64,000 bases of DNA from Desertivirga arenae (GCF_017355785.1 NZ_JAFEWE010000002.1:110618-174617); one strand, 5' to 3'; shown: positions 18,866 through 30,200, numbered from the stretch's first letter. The notes: a model not told the origin generated them from the letters alone. A program made the numbers and translations.

Positions 18866-19117
18866 TTATCTCTGCTTGTTCCTGCAGTAGGTGTCAATTT
18901 CATCACCTAAGCGCTCTGAATCCTGCAACGTAAAGTCGCCTTGAATACATTCCCAGGTATCTTCAAATGTTTTATGTACAATGCCCAGTACTTCTGTATC
19001 TGTCAAAATTTTAAAAACGTTTTTTCCGTTATGTGTGATAGGTTCTACTAAAAAGTTACTTCTGTCGCGGTCTTCAAGATTGGCCCAGATAGTGAAAGTG
19101 TCGTCATTTGAGTTCAT
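18866..19117 (-). CDS. Small hypothetical protein (83 aa).
   Basis: ORF with coding-like composition and no motif. Confidence 0.3.
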   Translation of the reverse strand: MNSNDDTFTIWANLEDRDRSNFLVEPITHNGKNVFKILTDTEVLGIVHKTFEDTWECIQGDFTLQDSERLGDEIDTYCRNKQR

Positions 19118-19332
19118 ACTTAAAACAACTATCGCTTTTTCTTATTGTTTAATAAACTGGTGAATTAAATCCGGTTCAAAAAACATTCGCTTTAAAGATG
19201 GATTGTGGTATTTAAATCCTATCTTGTAATTCTTCGCTAAAGCAATTTTGCACTATTAAAAGGGGAATACCGCAGCCCTTCTATAATCATCTACTAAATA
19301 TTCATCGCCTGTTAAGGGTTTAATCCAATTTT

Positions 19333-19455
19333 ATGAGCAAAGACAAAAAGAAAGCTCCGAGCCTTTCTGAAAAATCAAAAACGTCCGATTATCAAAAGGA
19401 TAAGAGTACACCTGCAAAAGCAGAACTAGTTTCAAACAAGAAAAACAAGAAGTAG
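19333..19455 (+). CDS. Small Lys-rich protein (40 aa), MSKDKKKAPSLSEKSKTSDYQKDKSTPAKAELVSNKKNKK. It is a homolog of 11309..11443.
   Basis: Manual translation. It shares the MSKD start, an SDYQ motif and a K-rich tail with the other copy. The TAG stop is followed 1 nt later by the ATG of the 104-aa gene. Confidence 0.5.
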   Translation: MSKDKKKAPSLSEKSKTSDYQKDKSTPAKAELVSNKKNKK

Positions 19456-19456
19456 G

Positions 19457-19771
19457 ATGTTAGATCAACTTTCAGATAAGTCAGTGCGCACCTTCGTATA
19501 CGAACTGAAGAACTGCGCCATTGAATATGGCTTTAAAGCAGAATCATGGATAATAAAAATGGCTACGGCTCTGGATAAAAAGAATATGGAAAAATTATTT
19601 TATCCCATGTTATTTATCCCTGTGCTTCCGGAAACTTCAATAGAAATGCTGCAGTTAGTGTCTGTTCGGCTCAAGTCAGAATCAGTTAACGAACATCACG
19701 ATACGGCTTTCGAGACTTCCAGCCTCAACTGCCGATTTCTCGTGGCGTATCATCCTGATAGAAAAGTTTAG
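19457..19771 (+). CDS. Hypothetical protein, family 'A' (104 aa). It is a paralog of 10990..11307.
   Basis: See alignment evidence under 10990..11307. Confidence 0.6.
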   Translation: MLDQLSDKSVRTFVYELKNCAIEYGFKAESWIIKMATALDKKNMEKLFYPMLFIPVLPETSIEMLQLVSVRLKSESVNEHHDTAFETSSLNCRFLVAYHPDRKV

Positions 19772-19785
19772 TTCCTTTATTTTTG

Positions 19786-19818
19786 AAAAAACACCCTTGT
19801 CTATAGGGTGTTTTTTAA
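19786..19818. terminator. Bidirectional intrinsic terminator (acaccct-tgtctat-agggtgt, flanked by A-run and T-run).
   Basis: Between convergent genes 19457..19771 (+) and 19873..20934 (-). Confidence 0.55.
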
Positions 19819-19872
19819 TAAAATCTTTAGACCCCACATCTTGTAAGGTAGCTATAAGGGACCTATTCAATT

Positions 19873-20934
19873 TCAGGTGCTAAGCTTCTTCAAATGAATA
19901 ACGTGTGATACGAAAGCACGGAGCATGCTCTTATGTTCAAGGTAAGTAATGCCAAATTCTTTACATGTTTCTTTAACCAACCGGTTTATCTGCCGATAAT
20001 GAATATGACTGATGCCAGGAAATAAATGATGTTCTACCTGGAAGTTTAAGCCTCCCAAAAACCATGATACCAAACGACTTTTTGTAGAAAAGTTAGCAGT
20101 AGTATTTATCTGGTGCACAGCCCATTCCTTCTGTATCTTATTCGATTCCTTATCGGGTTCCGGAAACTGTGTGCCTTCCACTACATGGGCGAGCTGGAAT
20201 ACCATACTGATAGAAAACCCACACGCAATTCCAACAATCAGGTATCCGGCAATCGCTTTTAGAAAACCAACAGTGATAATGGGGATAATTAAATAGACCG
20301 TGATATATAAAATTTTGGTAATCCAGAATATCCACTGTTGTTTTGAATCAAACTTCCGCTGATCATCCACCTTTTTTAGCCTGAAGTACTTTTCGAAATC
20401 CTGGAACAATACCCAAACCACGTAAGAGATTCCATAGAGGGCGACCCAATAAATGTGCTGAAATCTATGATACTTTTTACTGGCTTGTTCTTTATGCATT
20501 CTCATAAAGCGTATATCAATATCGTGGTCCAGGCCTTCAATATTGGTATAGGTATGGTGCTCCACATTGTGGCGCTGCTTCCAGAAATAAATAGTCCCGC
20601 CTAAAGCATTTAGTGCGTACGCTGAAGCTTCGTTAAGCCATTTGAATCTGGAAAAGCTGCCGTGACCTCCTTCATGCATAATGTTGAAGCCGATAAAGGC
20701 GAGGTTACACCCAAGCAACGCGCATAAGAGCACTGAAAGCAAGGCATTTGGCGTAAAGAACACGAGAGTTATATAAATGGTAATAGCAGAGATACAAAGT
20801 AAACAAGCTTTCAGCAGAAGTTGCCAGCCTCCTGACACAGGAAGTCTATTGTTCCTGAAATAGGCATTTACTTTTTCTTTCAATGCTTTGTGAAAAACAG
20901 GGTTGTTATTTTTAAAGGTGATTTTATTCATCAA
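19873..20934 (-). CDS. Membrane fatty-acid desaturase (histidine-box family).
   Basis: Three His boxes: HEGGHGS, HNVEHHTYTN and QVEHHLFP. There are several hydrophobic transmembrane stretches. Confidence 0.85.
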   Translation of the reverse strand: MMNKITFKNNNPVFHKALKEKVNAYFRNNRLPVSGGWQLLLKACLLCISAITIYITLVFFTPNALLSVLLCALLGCNLAFIGFNIMHEGGHGSFSRFKWLNEASAYALNALGGTIYFWKQRHNVEHHTYTNIEGLDHDIDIRFMRMHKEQASKKYHRFQHIYWVALYGISYVVWVLFQDFEKYFRLKKVDDQRKFDSKQQWIFWITKILYITVYLIIPIITVGFLKAIAGYLIVGIACGFSISMVFQLAHVVEGTQFPEPDKESNKIQKEWAVHQINTTANFSTKSRLVSWFLGGLNFQVEHHLFPGISHIHYRQINRLVKETCKEFGITYLEHKSMLRAFVSHVIHLKKLST

Positions 20935-21167
20935 GGGCAGAAATTTTGTTCGGGGGATATTTATGTGTAAATATAACGTAGATAATGGGGAAAATATGTT
21001 GCAGGAACAGTTATAATAATTTTAAATTATTTTCCGTTTTTCTGGTTAAAAAAGGGCAAACCAGTAAGCCTTTAACTGACAAAACAATGTTGGCAGATCA
21101 TTACAGAAGATGTATCAAAAGCAGTAGGCCTGTTTTCTTGAGCAATTAATTGCCAAACCCAATTCCA

Positions 21168-21200
21168 TAAAAAAAGCATCCTCCGGTTATGGAGAATGCT
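21168..21200 (-). terminator. Intrinsic terminator of the cold-shock gene (11-bp stem, 6-nt loop, U7 tail on the minus-strand transcript).
   Basis: Minus-strand RNA: GAAGCAUUCUCC-AUAACC-GGAGGAUGCUU-UUUUUUU, directly downstream of the csp stop. Confidence 0.6.
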
Positions 21201-21222
21201 TCACGATTATGATATAGTGTTT

Positions 21223-21414
21223 TTAAGCTACTGTTACATTTACCGCATTAGGACCTTTACGGCCTTGTTCTACCTCATACTCAACACTGTCGTTTTCACG
21301 GATGTTGTCTCTAAGGCCAGAAGAATGAACGAAGATTTCGCTGCCACCATTAGTTGGTGTAATAAATCCGAAACCTTTAGTTTCATTGAAAAATTTTACT
21401 GTTCCTTTTTGCAT
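21223..21414 (-). CDS. Cold-shock protein, CspA family.
   Basis: MQKGTVKFFNETKGFGFITP... This is the canonical cold-shock domain with RNP motifs. Confidence 0.9.
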   Translation of the reverse strand: MQKGTVKFFNETKGFGFITPTNGGSEIFVHSSGLRDNIRENDSVEYEVEQGRKGPNAVNVTVA

Positions 21415-21842
21415 TATATTTTATGTTATTCTTCAAAGGTATTATAATTATTTGATTATCAAAGTTTTTTATTAGATTTTGGCATTGTGGGCTGTAGTCA
21501 TGAAGACATTAATCAAGATAACTTACTGCAGGGCAAGCTAAAGTAAAAAAAAGTTCCTTTGCCAACTTCTTTTTCAAACCAATTTCTCCTCCCGCCCTTT
21601 TTCCGTCCCCAATTTACCCTTTTATACCGCTTTAAAAAATATCCCGCCACTGCAAATATTTACATTCTACCGGATCTATAAAACAGCTATTACCTTGCTC
21701 TAAGCTTAGTTGATTAAGTGGCAGCGCTATCAGATTACCTAATCCTTTACCAGAAAGAGTATTCTGATTGGGAAACAGACGATCGAAACTTGAGTTTTGT
21801 CAAAGATAGAGACGCTTCCTGATTGCTCTAGTAGTGAAAGTA

Positions 21843-22298
21843 TTATCCTCCTGCTTTTGAAGCTGTATATGGCTCTTCAAAAAATATCCATATATGTCCG
21901 CCATTGCCCGAGCGCGAGCGTTCGAGATAGGCTGGAATGCTATACTCGTTACAGATTCTTAAAAAATTCCGGCATTCATTTAGCCAGTCCGCTTCATCAA
22001 AATCCGCGGCTATTAACCATGAAGTATTGTCTGTGAGTAAGGGATACACTCCTGCAACTTGCTTTCCTGCAAGATGGTTTATTAACTCCTGATCTGTTAA
22101 TGGCTTATATGTTTTATCCTGAAATGTTTGGAATGTTCCTCCTTTTGCCTGATGGATTCTGTAGCGGTGCGAGTCGTAACTAAAGACCGGGATATAATTG
22201 CCTTTGCCGTTCTTTTCCCATCTTACAGCAAACACATCTTCCCTTGCCTTAAATAGAGATTTGAAAAGACTGAGTTGCTCTGGAATTATAGAAGACAT
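21843..22298 (-). CDS. AEP/PrimPol-like domain protein (151 aa). It is probably truncated: motifs I and II are present, and the protein ends shortly after.
   Basis: Motif I 'WLIAADFDEAD' (hhhDhD). Motif II 'SRSGNGGHIWIFF' (sGxGxHhy). The protein ends 9 aa after motif II. The sequence downstream does not continue in another frame. Confidence 0.45.
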   Translation of the reverse strand: MSSIIPEQLSLFKSLFKAREDVFAVRWEKNGKGNYIPVFSYDSHRYRIHQAKGGTFQTFQDKTYKPLTDQELINHLAGKQVAGVYPLLTDNTSWLIAADFDEADWLNECRNFLRICNEYSIPAYLERSRSGNGGHIWIFFEEPYTASKAGG

Positions 22299-22301
22299 CT
22301 A

Positions 22302-22949
22302 CTAAGATCGTTCGTTAATAGCCTCTTCTATATCCTCTTTAATTAAATCCCAATCCTTACCGAGTAAACAGTGAGGGTCTGGATCTAAATCTGCTTCCTC
22401 AAAATCAGTTAAGTTACTTATAATCTTTGCTGCCTCATGTGTCCACTCGGAACGACTTTTATGTATTTCCAACATATCGTTTATATCATAAGTTCGGAGC
22501 AATTCATGCAGATCCCAGAAATCCTTCTTTCGCCCACCATTCTGAATAACATCCAGTTTCATCCCTACAATATCATGCAAAGAAGCTAGTCTGATATCAT
22601 CTTTAACAATATAAGGATCAATAAATGGGTCCATAGAATAATAAATATCAAGCTTAATTATTTCAGTAGGACTATTTCCTATTAGATAGGATTTTCCAAA
22701 GGCAGGGTTATCTCCAAAGTTTCCGGATACAAAATTAAAAGAGTTCTTCAGGAAGTTTTCAATGATCTCGAAGTCTACACTTCCATAAGAAGCATCTGTA
22801 AAGAGATCAATGTCAACAGACATTCTATGTCCAAGATGTAAGCTTAATGCAGTTCCTCCAACAAGCCTAAAATCCCGAAGTTCTTCTGCGTTCATTAATG
22901 TTAACAGGCTTGACTTTAATAAGTCATTTACAGTATTCCAATAAAGCAT
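22302..22949 (-). CDS. AbiEii/AbiGii-like nucleotidyltransferase (DUF1814) toxin-family protein.
   Basis: 'FRLVGGTALSLHLGHRMSVDIDLFTD' is the characteristic N-terminal NTase motif of the family. It overlaps the upstream HTH gene (ATG within the stop). Confidence 0.65.
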   Translation of the reverse strand: MLYWNTVNDLLKSSLLTLMNAEELRDFRLVGGTALSLHLGHRMSVDIDLFTDASYGSVDFEIIENFLKNSFNFVSGNFGDNPAFGKSYLIGNSPTEIIKLDIYYSMDPFIDPYIVKDDIRLASLHDIVGMKLDVIQNGGRKKDFWDLHELLRTYDINDMLEIHKSRSEWTHEAAKIISNLTDFEEADLDPDPHCLLGKDWDLIKEDIEEAINERS

Positions 22950-23458
22950 TACCGAACTTTTAAATGTCCCATTACATGGATTTCACCCGTAGGGAATTTT
23001 TGACTTAGTACAGCATTTACTTTTTCCAACCCATAAAATCTCGTAATCTCTTCTTTCTCTGCTTCATTACCACGCTCGAACACTCTTTGAATAACAAATT
23101 TAGAATGCTTCTCCCAGTCGATCCGGTTTATATCTGTATCCCAAAAAAGGATACTTCGGAGCATTGAAAGATTAGGATGGAACTTTCTTCTCTCGGCTTC
23201 AAGCTTGATTTTGGCCTCGTAATACTGCTGCAGTTCCATAAAGGTGCCTGTATCAATTCCTAAGGCTTTCTCTGCTTTAGTGGCGATGGAAGGATCTAGA
23301 GAAATTTCGCCATGTGCAATAGCCTCAATAGTACGCTGGTCCTCCTGAATTGAAAAGGCAAAGGAAGTTATACTAAGCTTTCTTTTTCTTAGCTCATGAT
23401 CCAGAATAGCTCCTGGACGAATTCCTTTGTATTTTTCAAGGTGCGAAAGCATATTCAA
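22949..23458 (-). CDS. HTH (XRE/HigA-like) antitoxin-type partner of the AbiEii-like gene.
   Basis: N-terminal HTH-like segment ('LSITSFAFSIQEDQRTIEAIAHGE...ATKAEKALGI'). Translationally coupled to the downstream NTase gene. Confidence 0.5.
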   Translation of the reverse strand: MNMLSHLEKYKGIRPGAILDHELRKRKLSITSFAFSIQEDQRTIEAIAHGEISLDPSIATKAEKALGIDTGTFMELQQYYEAKIKLEAERRKFHPNLSMLRSILFWDTDINRIDWEKHSKFVIQRVFERGNEAEKEEITRFYGLEKVNAVLSQKFPTGEIHVMGHLKVR

Positions 23459-24043
23459 ATTTAAGGTTTATTGTTCAATTATTGTTCCATGTAAATTTCC
23501 TAAGTATTTAAACTAATGGAAAAAGCCGATGTTTTATAACAAAGACATACAAAATGGAACATCTTTTAAACTTACTGGAATTAGTCTCATTCCCTCACTT
23601 ATTGGTAAATGAAGATAAAATTATTATGGGGAATAATAATTTTTTACCTGCTATGCTTCAGATCCTTATTTCCGTATGCTGCTAAAAATGCATTAGAAAA
23701 CTCAAATATTTTTAACAGAAGCATTCTTGAGCGAAATTATAAGCTAGCATTGACCTATAAACAATGGGCATATCCTTGTGTGGTACTTTTTATTACTGTT
23801 TTCCATGTTGTTATTTCAACAGGCCATGCTTTTGCTAAATTAATAGCGATGATTTAGAGTTCCTAGATTCATAGAAGACTTGCTAGTGATAAGTTTGGAT
23901 ATTAAAACAGTCTTATCTGTCACTACTTGGTAAGTACTATTATTAATTCCGCTGTTTGGATTGCTTGAAGATATTTCTATCAACCCTCCCTATGATACCT
24001 TATAAAATAAGAAAAGCTCCCATTTCTGGAAGCTTCTATTGAG

Positions 24044-24117
24044 TGCGCCCACCTGGGCTCGAACCAGGGACCAAAAGATTATGAGTCTTCTACTCTAACC
24101 GACTGAGCTATAGGCGC
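24044..24117 (-). tRNA. tRNA with CAT anticodon (tRNA-Met, or tRNA-Ile2 if lysidinylated). CCA is not encoded.
   Basis: Reverse complement: GCGCCTATAGCTCAGTCGGTTAGAGTAGAAGACTCATAATCTTTTGGTCCCTGGTTCGAGCCCAGGTGGGCGCA. It has a 7-bp acceptor stem, a D-arm with GG, anticodon loop CT-CAT-AA, and a TpsiC arm GGTTCGAGCC. Confidence 0.8.
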
Positions 24118-24231
24118 TGCTATTTTGTTAGCGTGTGCAAATGTAGTTATTCATTTGAATTATTCAAAAATGAATTAAATGATTTCTGTAAGGCGCTGAA
24201 TTTGATGGAGAAAAATTTCTATTTGCATTAT

Positions 24232-27200
24232 TTATCGTATCTCAAACAACCCTCCATTGGTGTGTGAACTAACTTCAGGAGCATAGATACTTTGAATTGT
24301 GGCTACTCCAGAATTGAATATCCCTGATTGTACAGCTCGAAGATTGTATTCAAACCTATAGCTCCCTTTTGGAAGCTGGCTGATAAAGAAGTTAGTGGAA
24401 GCATCCTTAGTTACCTGGTAATAGTACAACCTATCTTCATATTTAAAGCCTGATAAAACATTTTCTGGTTCAGTTCCTGATGGCCTCAGGTCTTTTAAAT
24501 GCACATACTCCAAATTTCTTTCATTATCAAGGTACAGTATTACTTTGATAGTACTTCCGGGCGAAGGCTTGATAATTCCCTTTAACTCTTCATATACTAC
24601 CCCATTCTCGGTTTTCTTTTCTATAAAGTATTTGCGCTGAAGGAACAATCCTGAATGAGCAGGTCTAATCTCAGAGGCTTTCTGCTGGTATTGCCAGTGC
24701 AGGGCCGCAAAGTTCAGACTGGTTCCGGTATTTTTAATTCTGACTTTCGCGAGCTCAGGCTTGATATCCGTATTCCAATTGGTCTTTAGGTAACCTGTTG
24801 CAGTTTCTGCTTTTAATGAAGGTTTAAGTTTCATCAGATCTTCATCGCCAAGACTGATCTGAGAAGTACCTGAGTGGGCTGAAATTGTCGTTTCATATAA
24901 TAAAGCTTGAATCGCAGCAGCGGTAGCTTTGGTACTTTCCCAGGCCGCAACGCGTTTATTACATAATAGCCATACCTTCATCTCTTCTACAGCAGCTTTA
25001 TTATTAGTACATTCTGAGAATACTTTAATCAGGAGGGCTTGTGTCTCTATTGGTGACTGAATAACCGACATTCCCGCCTTATTTCCTTGCCAGAACATTC
25101 CCAGCTCAGCACTTCTTGTTGCACTTTCTTCGAGGGATTTCACAATTCTATCACTCAGTTCTGTATCTCCATACCTCCGGGCAATAAGGGCAATCTTTGC
25201 CTTTCCTGAAAGGCCCTCTTCTACCCAACGTGTCTGAACGGAGTTCAAGAAGTAATCCTTCGCTTTACTTAAATCGTTACCCAAAAGCTTTTCAGGAAAA
25301 TAGCTACGGGCAAACCACCCTTCAATATCTGCCTGATACCCTTCCTTCCCACGGTTCCGGTAATCGTTCAGGAGCTCCGATTCCACGTACTTCAGCAAGC
25401 CTTCTTTAACGCCTTTCAATTCTTCGTCACCCTGCTTCACCAAGAATTTTAACTCACCGAATCCTGTTAATAGATACTTGCTGATGTAGGGATCACCGTA
25501 ACGACTGCCAGAAAACCATGAAAACGCTCCATTAGACATTTGAGCTCTTTTCAGCTTCTCTGCATTTTCAGCAAGGCCTGCGCTTACTTTATTCAAGTCA
25601 AATAAAAGAGCTATTCGCCTTTTCTGCTCCTCTTCATCCTGAACGTCTTTAAGCCAGGGAGTTTCCTCAATCAAAACAGATTTAAGCTCTTTATTCTTTT
25701 CGAGGTCAGAAAGTAAAGCAGAACTGCTTGCCGCTTTCCATTGATTAAATACCTGTTGAATAATTTTATATTTACTGACTATATCAGAGGCAAAACGATT
25801 AGCAAAATAACGGTTGAAGATCTGTTCGGAGCATTCGTAAGGATACTCTATTAGGTAAGGCAGAGCCTGGATTGCAGACCACGAAGTATTTTGGGTGAAT
25901 TCGAACGCGAGGTTAATACTCTCCCTGCTACTGCTTTTGCTGTTGAAAAGTCTCTCTAAAACAAAGGTCTTATCCTCTCCTGACCGTACGATCATTGGCA
26001 TGGACTCTGTAATTTGTAACTTGTCTGGCAATACCGGAATTATATTTTCTTCTGCATCAGTATGGGTTCCGGTTACCGCACTTATTTTATAAGTAAGCGT
26101 GTTTATTTTTTCCGGGACCTTAAATTTATAGGAAAGTGCTGTCGCTCCATTTCCAAAGATCGAGAAGCTCTTATTGACTTCTGAACTCTCCAATAAATTG
26201 ATATGCTCTTTCTTTGCGGGATCGTAGATCTCGAGTTCAGCCCTGCCTTTAATTTTTTCGGAACCCAGGTTTACAACCCTTGCTTGTACTGTAATAAAGT
26301 CTCCCTCCCTGAAAAATCTTGGCATGTTTGCAGAAACCATCAGTTTCTTCTGAGTGAGTACTTCAATCTCACCGTACCCGCTTTCCATCTCCTTATTATG
26401 GGCAAAAGCTCGGAACTTCCAGGAAGTCAAAGATTCAGGCATTGTAAAGTCGAAGGATACTTCCCCTTTTGCATCGGCTAACAAGTGCGGATAGAAGAAG
26501 GCAGTTTCGTTAAAGTTCTTCCGTACCTGAATTTCCAATTTATCAGGAGGAGGCAATAGCGGTAAAGGCGGTGCTTTGAGTTCGATATTTGCAACCTCAT
26601 AAACTGCATTATCTTCTACAACTAAAGCTTGTAGGGAAGGTGGTGTCGCTCCTACTGGCTGGTCAATCCTTACTTCTGCATTTGGATCTCCTTCTAAGGT
26701 TTTCACCCCTGGATCTTTAATGGACATCCCGTTGCCAAATTGGATCAGTAGAGGAAATCCTTTCAATGGCCTGATTCGTTTATCTTTAAAGTATTTACAG
26801 CTAACAATAAGGTCGCGTCCTACAGGCACCCGCAGTTTGAAGTAGCCGTTTTTATCTACCGAAGTAACAAAAGAGGACCCGTCGATCCTTATATTTATCC
26901 AAGGATATGCTAGTGCTGTGTGAATTACTTTCCCAACTACGTCAAAGCCGTTTTTGAATAGCAGTAAATTCCTTCTATAAGCGGCATCAACAACAGTTCT
27001 GTTATTTTTAGTCTTGTTAGCCTTATGCTCCAAATCTTCGAATGGTTCATCATAGGTATAGTAAAAATTTCTATAACTTGAAGGGTGATCGTTTATTTTC
27101 TCATATATCGACTTATCCATCTCTGCGAAGTACTCATCTTCATCCAGCGCGTTTGAAGAGAACAGAGACTGGAAGTCTGAAGTGTTCCATTGGTAATAAA

Positions 27201-30200
27201 AACTATTATAGACTGGCTGCAAAAACGGCTGGGTCCAGCCACCGGTCTTTTTTAACCCATCTAAAGAGGAATCATACATACTTACCAATACTTCTGAATC
27301 GCTGATTCCTCCTCTTTGTTTAGAAACCGATAACCTCCAATTTTCTTTAGCACCAGGTTCAACTTTGTTCCGGTAAGTAAGTAATTTGACGTTTAAGTTT
27401 TGCCTTTGAGCTTGCATATGAAACTCTTTTTGCCAGGTTAGGACAGTGTTATCAACCACGGCAAGGAATTGAACATTAAAGTCACTTGTCCCATTTATAG
27501 GAAGACTGACCTCGCCGTTGCGGGCATCCGGGTTGAGCCATTGTGAATAAATGATTTCGGCGCCTTTATAAACCTCTGCCAGAAGCATGTAGCTTCCCTT
27601 AACGCGGACAGCAAAACTTATTCTATTATCCTTTGAGGGTTTCTCTCCCAGAGAAACTATCCATTTACCGGAACGGTTTGGATTTCCAAATTCTACCCGA
27701 CTAGCATTAGGGTAATAAACGGCCGAGGAGGTGTCCCCTTTCTCATTTTCAGCAAAAAGCTTCAGACAATAGCCACTCATCTTAAACCTCGATAAGTTTC
27801 TTAGGTTGATAATACCCTGAAGCCCTGACCTTATGATTATAACCGTATCTGATACCATTTTACCAAGGGTCCCATTCGAAAGTTTAGGCTCGATATAGCT
27901 ATAAGAAGGGAAATTGCTTAAAAAATCAATCTTAGGAATTATCATGGTATCAGGATGAGCCCATAGACGTCTCCGGTATGCTGTATCAGGTGATACCAGT
28001 TCGTATAAAAATGCTTTGATCTTTCCGGACTGAGGCGTTCCGTTTAAATTACTTAAGCTAACCGGAATAGAAACGGTATCCTGCAAGACATCTTCTTCAG
28101 GCATTATTGCGCTTATACTCAAGAGTTTTTCACCTACTGTGACTGATGATTTTGCAGTATGGGTTTCACCAGTTGAAGAAATTGACGAAATCGCAATATT
28201 GTAATTATAAACCATGTCTGGCGATTGCTCTTGCCTATTAATCAAAGCTTTAAAGGGAATAACAAAATCACCTGAGGTGTTAGTAATAACGGTATCAGAA
28301 GCAATCTTTATCTCATTATTTTCCGCAACCATGTCATTTTCTATTTCAGAAAAAAAAGGATAACCTCCCAATGCGCGTGTTCTTACAATCGAATAAGCAA
28401 CTTTCGTATTTGCAAGACCATATCCGGCTAAAGCCTTCACTGTTCCTCTAACCTTAACCGAGTCATTAAACCGGTAGCTTTCTTTAATGGGTTGGACAGC
28501 TATAGAAAAAGTCGGACGTTTATATTCTTCAACCTGTACAGACAGTACTCCCCATGTAGTGCGTAACCAGTACTCTCCATTTATTGCATCTTCAGGAATC
28601 TCGAAAGAACCACTAAATGTGCCGAAATCATTAGTTTTAAAATCCTTTACCCCCACTCTACTTCTGTTACCCCAGCTCCAAAATTCAACCTCGACATTTG
28701 TACCTTTTGAAATAAACGAGCGTTTGTTCACAGTACTGGTCATCAAGCCTTTAAAATACAATTTTTGTCCTGGACGGTAAATACTTCGATCTGAAAAGAA
28801 AGTCACATTAGGAACAGGCGTAGGATCAGCATCTTTACGATTTAAGGTGTTACCAGAAATACCAACATCACTAACTTCAATACTATCTACACCCTTCTTA
28901 ATTTTAACGGTTAAATTACCATAATCACCAAAGCTTACTTTACCCAAATCATTAGTCTTCCAGATTCCAATAAGTTCAGGTTTATTTTTTCTCCAATCAC
29001 GGCGGGTGACCTTTACCATAGCTCCAGAAACTGGTTTACCTGAATATCTGTCCAGAACAAGAACCTCCTTTGTTTTATCAGGCTTTTGTCTTGCAACAAA
29101 AGAAAGCCTGGTAACAGTAAAATGCACTAGATGCGTCAGAGAAAGTTCGTCAGAATTGGCATCTATGACTAAGGCTGCATGGTCACCAATCTGCCGAGGT
29201 AACATTTGAAATTCCGTTCGATGATCTTTAAAGTCCTTAAAATCCGGTAGATCTACCGCAAATTGCTCCCCCGTGGTTTTCTTATTGAAGAAGTCTAACA
29301 ATAGCTGGTAATCTTTTGCGTTTGGTTTATACTTCCCTCTGATGTTTTGTTCAATCGTATTCAGTTGTTTTTTTTCTAGTGGAGAAAGCTTTATCACTTT
29401 GACAAATACCTTTTTCACATTTCTGTAAGAGATTGAGGCCAGTATCCTTTGATTTGGAATATTATACTTTTCAATTTCTACAATCATTTGCCTGTTCTCA
29501 ATTTCTCGGATCATTCCTTTCGCATTAGAGATAGCAAATAACTTCCCGTCCAGATCCGTTGCTTTTTGCGCGTAAAAGCGAGACCTAATTAGATCCCTGC
29601 TATTCTTGTAATATTCGGCCAGCAAGCACAACGCTTCTGCTTTTAAATTACCTTTCTGCACATCCACGATCTTCTGCAACGCCCGGACATATAAAGTGTC
29701 TTTCTCCGGTAAAACACTTTCCTGGAACAGAAAAGCAAGTCGTTTTAAATCAACATCAATAAGTGCTTCCGGGTCTTTATCCTTCAAATGAAATTGAGTA
29801 AGCTGCTGCAAAACTTTAAAACCCTCGTAATAGGTAGAGGCTGTATCTGCCGTTATTATCTGGTAAGAGGCCAAAGCTCCATTATCACTAAATAATTCAG
29901 GATCATTTAAAGTAAACGGCAACTTTGGTCGGGTTACAGCCGGTTCCTCATTCAGAAAAAACTCCAGACTTCTGTGAGCAAGAAGATCATATAAAGTAGG
30001 GCGCAAACGGCGTGTAAGGGTATCTCCTTCGAGGATCTCATTGTATTTCCCGATAGGAATTTCCTGTAATCTATCTCTATTGCTTATTGATTGCTTATAA
30101 AACTTGCTGGTCTCATTAATCAGGGCCTGGATTCCCCACTTACTAATATCCGGCCCAGGTTCATCAAGAGTACTTCTACTATTGATATCGTAACGATTAC

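Noticed and set aside
23609-23857. An 82-aa hydrophobic ORF between the HTH/AbiEii pair and the tRNA.
   Set aside because: It has no motif, atypical composition, and is isolated. It cannot be supported as a gene from sequence alone.
25197-29209. Six short + strand ORFs inside the A2M locus.
   Set aside because: They are antisense to an uninterrupted 2109-codon ORF with clear A2M features.
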